From positions 186,001 through 250,000 of the forward strand of contig CM082597.2 in the NCBI GenBank assembly GCA_040954595.2: DNA of 64,000 bases. The letters are read 5' to 3'. Below, one piece after another: positions 27,801-37,100 of the stretch. The notes beneath the pieces were generated by a model. That model worked only from the letters and a program-made list of their open reading frames with translations. It did not search any database and was not told where the DNA came from. Numbering within the stretch: position 1 is the first letter of the stretch; each line of letters starts with the position of its first letter. The stretch is from Balanoglossus misakiensis. Taxonomy: Eukaryota; Animalia; Hemichordata. The translations under genes were made by a program, and so were the position numbers.

Positions 27801-30800
27801 GAAATTATTCATGTCACGTGTCAGAGACATCCAATGGAGACCGAGCTATAGATAGCCAATCAGCTTATCTAACAGTGTATGGTTAGTAACATAATTTTAA
27901 AGTACTAAATGACAATATTTTTGGGTGTGAGAGGCACCTTCCCTAATGACGTTTAAGCATGACATAATTGACATCTGTCAATGACGATGATTTGACATAT
28001 ATTAATTGTACAGTATCTGCGTTACATTGCTCCAATGATCCAAACGACTTTATATTCTCATTGCAGACATTGAGGTTCATTCGTTCATCAAAACACCGGA
28101 AGATACGTTAATGGTAGTGAGTGGAACTCTCAGATTGAATTGTGACGTCACTGAGAAAGAAGGAACGGTTATCTGGAGTAAAGATGGCGTCGATATCAGT
28201 ACAGATGACGTAATCACCATTGATGACACTCGATATTCAATCATTGGAGACAGGGCCATTGGAGAATACAAGTTACAAATCATCAACATCGATTTAGAAG
28301 ACGCAGGAGATTACATTTGTAGAGTTACTGCAGCAGAAAACAGTCTTGAAATACGGTCAGACGTTGCCACAGTAACTGTTGAAGGTAAATTATCACTTTT
28401 CCACTTGAGTTTCTCAAAGGAAAAGTTAACTGTATGTTTTTTCATACCGTGCAACAAAATGATTATATATTAATTGACAAAGTGTCTTTATATTTCATGC
28501 AGTTCAACAATCATTTATGTTGGAACCCACTGACGTCATTTCCGTCGAAGAGGACAGTACAACTATTCTGTGTTCAGTAAACAACAAACATGGAGTCGTA
28601 TCCTGGAAGAAGGATGACGTGACTCTAAGTAGTGACATGGACATCACAGTGTCTGATAGTCGTCTAAGAATCTCGAGTCCAACTCCTGGCATTGATTATA
28701 ATTTACGTATTGGGAATCTACAAATGGATGACGCTGGAAATTATTCATGTCACGTGTCAGAGACATCCAATGGAGACCGAGCTATAGATAGCCAATCAGC
28801 TTATCTAACAGTGTATGGTTAGTAACATAATTTTAAAGTACTAAATGACAATATTTTTGGGTGTGAGAGGCACCTTCCCTAATGACGTTTAAGCATGACA
28901 TAATTGACATCTGTCAATGACGATGATTTGACATATATTAATTGTACAGTATCTGCGTTACATTGCTCCAATGATCCAAACGACTTTATATTCTCATTGC
29001 AGACATTGAGGTTCATTCGTTCATCAAAACACCGGAAGATACGTTAATGGTAGTGAGTGGAACTCTCAGATTGAATTGTGACGTCACTGAGAAAGAAGGA
29101 ACGGTTATCTGGAGTAAAGATGGCGTCGATATCAGTACAGATGACGTAATCACCATTGATGACACTCGATATTCGATCATTGGAGACAGGGCCATTGGAG
29201 AATACAAGTTACAAATCATCAACATCGGTCTAGATGATGCAGGAGATTACATTTGTAGAGTTACTGCAGCGGAAAACAGTCCTGAGATACGGTCAGACGT
29301 TGCTTTAGTGATTGTTGAAGGTACATGCATTTTCGATAGCTTGTTTTATGTTAATTTACTAATACTATAATCAGTGTACAATTCTATCGTCTAAATATTT
29401 TCAATTAATATCTTTCAGAACAACAGTCCTTCAAATTGGAACCATCTGATATTACTGGTGTCGAGCAAGGAAATATAACGATTGTGTGTTCAGTTGAAAA
29501 CAAACATGGCGTCGTATCTTGGAAAAAGAATGACGTCATTTTAAGTGATGACATGGATATTATAGTGTCAGATCGTCGTCTGAGCATATTGAGTTCAGCA
29601 CATGGTGTTGATTATAATTTACAAATTGAGAAACTGGAAATGGAGGATGCTGGGAGTTATTCATGTCAAGTGTCGGAAACTGCTAATGGAGCTAAAAGTT
29701 TGGCAAGTGTTGTGTCAGGGGTCATCATTTTTGGTAAGTAAATGTTTTAGATTACTGTTTCATATTGAATCGCTAATTTCTATTATTATGTATTGACCTT
29801 GTTAAGTTTTAAGCATAGGGGTTAGTGTATGACGATTACTCAAGAACCGAGACATTGACAAGAGATCTGACACAAAATGTGAGCAACCTACATTGCCCAA
29901 AACGATGAAAAAATAGATATAGTTCCTGTTTCACTTTTTTTCTGTAATTCCTCAAAGATATTGAGATCCATTCATTCATCAAAACACCGGAAGATACGTC
30001 AATGGTAGAGAGTGGAACTCTCAGATTGAATTGTGACGTCATTGAGAAAGAAGGAACGGTTATCTGGAGTAAAGATGGCGTCGATATCAGTACAGATGAC
30101 GTCATTACCATTGATGACACACGATATTCGATCATTGGAGACAGGGCCATTGGAGAATACAAGTTACAAATCATCAACATCGATCTAGATGACGCAGGAG
30201 ATTACATTTGTAGAGTTACTGCAGCGGAAAACAGTCTTGAAATACGGTCAGACGTTGCCACAGTAACTGTTGAAGGTAAATATCATGTCTATATCCCAAT
30301 TCGCATAACAGCTGAACAGACTTAATGAAACACTGTAGTTTTCAACGTTACTCCGTTATACATTTAAATCCTTAGGTTGATTTTTAAGTATTTTTTCTGC
30401 TACACAGAACAACAATCTTTCCAGATTGTCCCAAGTGACCTCACTTCTGTTGAACAAGGAAGTGCAACTATTCTATGTTCAGTTGACAACAAACATGGCG
30501 TCGTATCGTGGAAGAAGAATGGTGTGACTCTAAGCAGGGATATGAACATCACAGTGACTGATAGTCGTCTAAGTATCTTAAGTTCAACGCCTGGTGTTGA
30601 CTATAACTTACATATTGAGAATCTAGAAATGTGGGATGCTGGGAATTATTCATGTCACGTGACAGAGACGGACAATGGAGCGAAAATTTTAGAAAGCGCT
30701 GAAGCTTGGTGGACTGTTTATGGTAAGATTAATTGAAATATATACGTTTATGAGCTAACCTAAACATCTCATGGATAATGAGGGGGGGGGGGGTAACACT

Positions 30801-33800
30801 TAGAACAACTTAAATTGCCCAGAGGACATGCTCTTCTGAAACCTTTGACCGGGACAATATATTCAGAAGATCATGTCAATAAATTATAACATCTTGCAAA
30901 TAATAAATCTTAATTACCTGGTTTCTTTTAGACATCGAGGTCCATTCTTTCATCAGTACACCTGAAGATACGCCGATGGTAGAAAGTGGAACTCTCAGAT
31001 TGAACTGTGACATCATCGACAAAGAAGGAACTGTCATTTGGAGTAAAGATGGCGTCGATATCAGTACAGATGACGTCATCACCATTGATGACAAGCGATT
31101 TTCCATTCTTGACAGTGCTGTTGGAGAATACAAGTTACAAATCATCAACATCAGTCTAAATGATGCAGGAGATTACATTTGTAGAGTTACTGCAGCGGAA
31201 AACAGTCCTGAAATACGTTCAGATGTTGCTGTTGTAACTGTGGATGGTACGTGCTGTATGAAATTAGCGGTAGAGTGTTTATTACCGTGGAAGTTCTAGG
31301 AAATTAAGTGAACTGTTATTATGAATAATTTTAACGGTAAATGAAGACACTGCTTTTTGATATCAAATGGTGTCATTCTATGGTTATCACTGTCATTCCC
31401 ATATAAAATATGCTCCATTTTTATTTTGTTGAATCAGAGCAACAGACTTTCAGAACTATCCCAAGTGATGTCACAGCTGTCGAAGAAGGACGTGTAACTT
31501 TCCCATGCTCGATTTATAATAAACATGGTGTCATATCATGGCTGAAGGATAATATTACTATGAGCGTTGAGACTGAAATCACAGTTTTTGATAGCCGTTT
31601 GAGTATCTTAACGCCAACACCTGGTATGGATTATTATTTGCACATTGAGCACCTGGAGATGGAGGATGCTGGGATGTATTCTTGTCACGTGACAGAAACA
31701 ACTAATGGCGCCATAACCATAGAAAGTGATAATGTCTATCTGACAGTTTTTGGTAAGTAAAGGCCTACAAAGAATTAATAGCATCAAGTAGTTAACATTT
31801 TGAATCATTTGATCCATTTTATGCAAATTATGCTACTGTACAATGTCGATTAAATACATGTCATATTTTATGATTTTTTTGTTTTTCATAGATATTCAAC
31901 AACAGCAATTCATTTCAAAACCTGAAGACCAACTTCTTGCTGAAGGAAGTGATGTTATTCTGCAGTGTGTAGTCTCTCACAAAGAAGGAACTGTAATATG
32001 GAGCAAAGATGGCGTCGATATCAGCGCTGATGACGTCATTCTGAATGGTGACAGTCGTTACTCAATGGCTGGAAATCATTTACTTGGTGAATACATTTTA
32101 CAAATCAACAACTCTTCTGTTAACGATTCGGGAATCTTTGAATATCGCATCTCTGCAGCAGATAACAGTCCCAAGATCCAAGGTGGACCAATGACAATAA
32201 CCATACGAGGTGAGTTAGTAAGTTTGGTAAAGCAAAACATTTGCAAAGCTTGGCAATTTTGTTTATATAACTAACTTTTCGGAGTTATTTGTCTTTTAGG
32301 ACCTAATTCTCCTGATATAGCTTATCCAGTATGTTCGTTGTCTACCGAAAACCTGCAATTGGGCGACAGTTTAATATTGGTATGCGAATCTAAAGGAGGG
32401 AATCCACCAGCAACTTTAGAATGGACTCTAGATGGTGCATTTCAAGAATCCATTGCAGTGACCAACGATGACGTCACTCGTCTAGGTTTAGTGTTAACTG
32501 TTACCGAAGACATCGACAATGCTGTCTTTATCTGTTTTTCCCATCATCCAACATTCCAAAACCCAGAATCTTGTCAGACAGGACCACTACATATTGACAG
32601 TAAGAACAACATTTATCATTGAATGAGATTTGTTTATGCTTATTACTTGCAATCAACATCAAAATAAACTTTTTAAAACACAGAGACAGCTTAATACCTG
32701 GAAACTTTTAGTATGCATGGGTCTATTACAGATTTCAGCTAATTTAATGGTAATAAAAATGGGTAGATAAAGAATATATCCTCATTCATGCTATATTTAC
32801 AGTATTCCATCTATATTCTAAACCAGTATCCTAATGTTACAGGCTCACAAACAGGCGAAGTTGATATCTTTCTCAGTCAAAACAACAGAAATGCTGTTGT
32901 TGGTCAGGAAGTGACCATGGAATGCGTTGTTCCGAACAAACGTGGACATATTCATTGGGTCAAGAACAACAATATTATTAGCAGTGATGACCACATCGAA
33001 AATAGACAGTATGACGTTATCAGGTAAAAACTATTTCATGTTGCCATGGTAATCAATGTGATAGATTGAGGCTAAATCTTTTGGAAACAAATCGTCAGAT
33101 ATGTAACCCTTTCACACCCCCTGTTCCCTCTGTAGAGATCTATGTTTATGATAAAAACACAGAATTTGGCCCAAACCATGATGTAGGTTGGCACCACTGT
33201 TGAGGAAAATACTATACATGTACTTACTGTCCATTCACTTTGACGAGTTCCATCCCAACAATGTAGTGTCTCTTTGTTCCAGATATTCTGTTGTTGGTGA
33301 TCATTCCAGAGGCGAATACAATCTGAAAATAGCAGATGTAAAGAAGAGTGATAGTGGGACATTTTATTGTGTCTTGTCATCATCCACTAATCAAGTGGTG
33401 CCTATGGTTGCATCGAGGGCAATGACATTGAGTGTTGGTGGTGAGTAACATTTCAATATTGGTGTCTACCACATTACATGCAGTAGATTAATTAAGAGCG
33501 CATACCAGAATCATATTTGTGTTGCAAAATCCATCATCTCTTCTGCAAATTTTCAAGTAACCAAACATTCACACAGGTAGTTAATTTCAGATGTTTCTTG
33601 TGTTTTCAACAGATCCTGTGATGCCAGACAGTGGATTTCCACTCTGTGATGTGTCAAGTAACAATTTTATTATTGGAGACACTGTTACCTTGTCGTGTTA
33701 TTCACAAGGAGGTCAACCTCCAGCCTTCCTGGAATGGGATCAAGATGGAGACGTCATCATTGGAACTCTACTGGACGACTACACCAGGATACTTCAGGTC

Positions 33801-36198
33801 AATGTGACATCAGACTTAGAAGGCGCTGTCTTCACGTGTACTTCCAGTCATATGACATTTACCGAATCTCTGAATTGTACCATTGGACCTATCCATGTCA
33901 AAGGTAAGACAAAAATATCTAATAAATTTCCGTAGTAGCACAGTCCCCCCAAGAAAGATAGAACCGTAAAGTCGTATGAACAATATCCGCGAGATGTTTG
34001 TATTTTTGAACATATTTCAATGTTAGGAAACTTGAGGGTGAAACTATCATTGCCAATGTCCAAAACAAGACTGTAGCAAATTCCAGAATAATATCCAGTG
34101 CAAGCCGCGATACAAAGAGTGTAGGCACCATTGAGACATGTAGCCAGTTGAATGACCGTTTGACCCAACTGTAGCAAATGTATACATCATACACGTGCCT
34201 CATGTTTACAGTCTTGAAACGTTAATATCGCAGGAGATACTAGTAATATAATAAAACACTTACTAACAGACTAAGTAGAACCCTCGTATGTAATTCTCTC
34301 CAAAATAACGGATAAAAAAGTGAAAATACATCCGTGAAACTGGCAAATGTAAGCTTACCTGTACAGGCTGTAGGCTGTAGGCTTTGGTGTCCATTGAACG
34401 ACAAGTCCGTGGGTCGCGAGCTGCTGAGTCAAGTTGTGCCGTTTTCCCGATATTTCAATCAACATGAGGCACAAAAACACCGTCATTTCTTTCAATTCAA
34501 GTCTAACTCAGTACCCAAACCTTCAGAATGTGTCTTGCTTCCTCCATTCTCGCGAACCGCAGATATATTTCAGCATGCGATGCACCGCACGTGTAGATGT
34601 TGCGTTGCAAGGTCGTTAACCCGACGATGACCTCATAATTGATACTCAGTCGATTGCTATTGTTATGTAAATTATTTCTCCCCACCTGGCTCCCCATGGT
34701 TACCAGCAGAGAGGCGTGTCCTTTTCTATTTTCCTGGCGTAAATTAGTCAAATTCTGGGTATTCCTGGCCTTTCCTGTGTTTTTCTCACTAATAAAGAGT
34801 GGACTTGTCGATCACCGTTGTTTCTATTTTTATTACAGTGGCGGATAGTGGTGCAAGTGTCGGCGTTATTGCATTTTGGATAACATTGTCATTTCTCATA
34901 GTCGCTGTCATCGCAGTCATCATAATATTGTATTACTGTTTGTGGAAGAGAAGAGAAGAGAAACGAGGTATATCATAAGTGGCGATTTATGTTTACTAGT
35001 TTATGTTTACTAGTAACACTGATTTATAATTAGGGAATGAATGATTGGATGGATGGATGGATGGATGGATGGATGGATGGAAGGATGGATGAATGGATGG
35101 ATGGATGGATGGATGGATGAATGAATGAATGAATGAATGAATGAATGAATGAATGAATGAATGAATGAATGAATGAATGAATGAATGAATGAATGAATGA
35201 ATGAATGAATGGATGGATGGATGGATGGATGGATGGATGGATGGATGGATGGATGGATGGATGGATGGATGGATGGATGGAAGGATGGATGGATGGATGG
35301 ATGGATGGATGGATGGATGAATGAATGAATGAATGAATGAATGAATGAATGAATGAATGAATGAATGAATGAATGAATGAATGAAAACTCAATGTGTATT
35401 TAAAGTAGAGTTTACAATTGAGTCTTTTATTTCCGATTTTCAGCAAACACTACAAACTTTGAAAACAATATCGAGATTGGCAAGGCAGACGATGCAGCAA
35501 TGGACAAGTTACAAGGCAAAGCGGAACCAAGCTTTCGTCCGATTATCGACGGCACTGTTGACGTCACTGCTAAAGTTGGCGATGTAGGTGGTGGTCGTCC
35601 AATGGGTGGTTTAGCTGAATTGCTGTCACAACAAGATGGAAGAGAAAAGAAAGAAAAATCCAAGAAAAAGAAAAAGAAACACAAGAAGATACAAGATGTT
35701 GTTGATGTCATTGGGGGAAAAGATTTTATCGAACACTTAGAACCGCAGGAAGATGTCAAACAAAAGAAAGGCAAATATAATATAAATTTAAATGGGAATA
35801 ATGCAGAAAAAATAGACAGGGATATGATAATTCCTGTAGAGAGTGATGATGTTCCCGTGAAAAAACGACGTCACAAAAGACGAAAAGATAGACGTGCTAC
35901 TCACAGCCAAGAAAGGAAAACGCAGCCACTACCACCCTTATCACATAATGGCAGAGGGCGCCCGTACATAGAATTTCCGCAATCTATTTTCAGTGGCCTT
36001 CCCACATTAGACAGGAGACCAGTTAGAATAGCACCATCTCCAGTTACTATGCCAACGAATGAGTCGCCAGCTGAACCACCTGGATTCCAAGGAAGTGGTT
36101 TGATTTCTGGCTCTAGCAGACAGCATCAAATGGAAATGCTCCGTCAACAGCTTGATAGTTTAAGAAATAAAAACACTCCCCTTGATCACAGATATTAA
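12832..36198 (+). CDS. Gene 3: giant nephrin/Kirrel-like IgSF type I membrane protein, about 4835 aa with 43 Ig domains (40 tandem V-type, then C2 - V - C2), TM and Lys/Arg-rich tail
   Basis: Signal exon 12832-12889 ([19 protein letters not shown]); 40 V exons 13133-32209; C2 32300-32599; split V 32843-33023+33283-33440; C2 33613-33903; TM 34839-34967 ([32 protein letters not shown]); tail 35444-36198. Sum 14508 nt = 4836 codons with canonical GT-AG and consistent phases. Whether all exons are joined in one mRNA is not shown by the sequence. Confidence 0.85.
13133..19450 (+). CDS. Gene 3 V-type Ig exons 1-13 (diverged N-terminal part of the array)
   Basis: Exons 13133-13450, 13679-13996, 14281-14592, 14792-15103, 15279-15590 (absent from the ORF track), 15814-16125, 16302-16613, 16739-17056, 17247-17561, 17718-18029, 18156-18470, 18600-18917, 19133-19450. 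Each has QxFxxxPxD..C..KxG..W..DxGxYxC (Trp replaced by Phe in exon 11). Confidence 0.9.
19600..29320 (+). repeat. Tandem array of ten 936-945 bp units (Ig exon A 318 nt + intron + Ig exon B 315 nt + intron) plus a final A exon; near-identical, coding
   Basis: A exons start at 19600, 20539, 21483, 22428, 23373, 24313, 25254, 26195, 27131, 28067, 29003. B exons start at 20036, 20979, 21923, 22868, 23809, 24749, 25690, 26627, 27567, 28503. ORF-track translations repeat almost verbatim. Confidence 0.97.
29419..32209 (+). CDS. Gene 3 V-type Ig exons 35-40 (partly diverged C-terminal part of the array)
   Basis: Exons 29419-29733 (B), 29958-30275 (A), 30408-30722 (B), 30932-31246 (A), 31438-31752 (B), 31892-32209 (A, second Cys replaced by Tyr). 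Confidence 0.9.
35035..35385 (+). repeat. Compound (GGAT)n/(GAAT)n microsatellite in the intron between the TM and tail exons of gene 3
   Basis: About 350 bp of alternating GGAT and GAAT blocks. Confidence 0.97.
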
Positions 36199-36325
36199 CC
36201 CCTTTTTATAACTGGACAAATAATTTAATCCTTAACATGTATGATCTGTTTCATGGAACATTGAAATCAGTTTAAGATCTTTTCAAATCATGTGTACAAA
36301 CTTTTATGTATATAATCTGCGATGC

Positions 36326-36331
36326 AATAAA
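36326..36331 (+). terminator. Candidate polyadenylation signal of gene 3 (another AATAAA at ~36398)
   Basis: AATAAA about 130 nt after the stop codon. Confidence 0.4.
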
Positions 36332-36540
36332 TGTAAGCTTTGTCATGTATCTCAATAATTTAAATGATATTTATGTATGTGGATACTTTTTTAATTTAAT
36401 AAAAAATATTAACATGATATCTTGCCCATTTAATGATCATTTACAATTAGTGATAGATTACTACAAATATTACTGAGATCCATGAGTCTGTAATTACAAA
36501 TGTCACAAATTAATAGAAGCGATGAAGTACATAAATTACT

Positions 36541-36546
36541 TTTATT
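36541..36546 (-). terminator. Candidate polyadenylation signal of Dscam
   Basis: TTTATT on + (AATAAA on -) about 1.4 kb downstream of the Dscam stop. Confidence 0.35.
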
Positions 36547-37056
36547 CAATCAGCACAACATTTTACACATTATCTGTTTGCTGGTATGGGAATAAATGAA
36601 AATAAGAAAATGTCTTGGAATGTATATACAGCGTGGAATAATAAATAACGTGAAAGTAATAAATAAAATGTGCATATTTCAGTATTCTTTGAATATTTAA
36701 ATCTTGACACAACTGACAGAACAGAGAGACAGAACAGATACAGATTGTCTGCAATTTTGTACAAAAGCAACAATGTTAAATAAATTATTTGGGTTGTAAT
36801 ATGGTCATATCCTTAACATGTTGATTATATATACTTTTATATGACTTTCATGCTTCCAAATTTAGCAATAGATACAGCATTATTTTCCATTTTTATGACA
36901 AGAACTAATAATGCAAATCCTTCTCTAGCATTAGTCAATACTCATTACAAACACTCAGAAACACATACTTTACAACACACATCTGCTACTACCATGTATA
37001 TCAAAATCTATAGTATTGCTTTCTTTGGAAATGACAGATACATGTACAGTACTGAA

Positions 37057-37100
37057 CATATCATATCATATCATATCATATCATATCATATCATATATCA
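37057..37100 (+). repeat. (CATAT)n pentanucleotide microsatellite in the probable Dscam 3' UTR
   Basis: About 8 units, catatcatatcatat... Confidence 0.9.

Noticed and set aside
19600-29320. Array as separate small genes, or V(D)J-like rearranging segments
   Set aside because: Units have no signal peptides or promoters, have ordinary AG/GT splice sites, and I saw no heptamer-spacer-nonamer signals at exon ends. CACAGTG occurs only inside B coding sequence (DITVS).
19600-29320. CRISPR array or transposon tandem
   Set aside because: Units are ~940 bp exon-intron blocks encoding Ig domains; no short repeat-spacer structure and no transposase or RT motifs.
19610-31151. Repeated minus-strand ORFs ([11 protein letters not shown]..., MPGVGLEI...) suggesting an antisense gene array
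   Set aside because: They are antisense shadows of the + strand Ig exons, repeated only because the exons are; no independent domain or splice structure.
13133-32209. Dscam-style mutually exclusive splicing asserted as fact
   Set aside because: Introns are long enough (at least ~98 nt) for adjacent exons to be joined, exons are frame-compatible, and I could not identify docking/selector complementarity by eye. Kept only as a testable hypothesis.
35030-35446. IHSF/IHPS repeat ORF
   Set aside because: Translation of the (GGAT)/(GAAT) microsatellite on the antisense strand.
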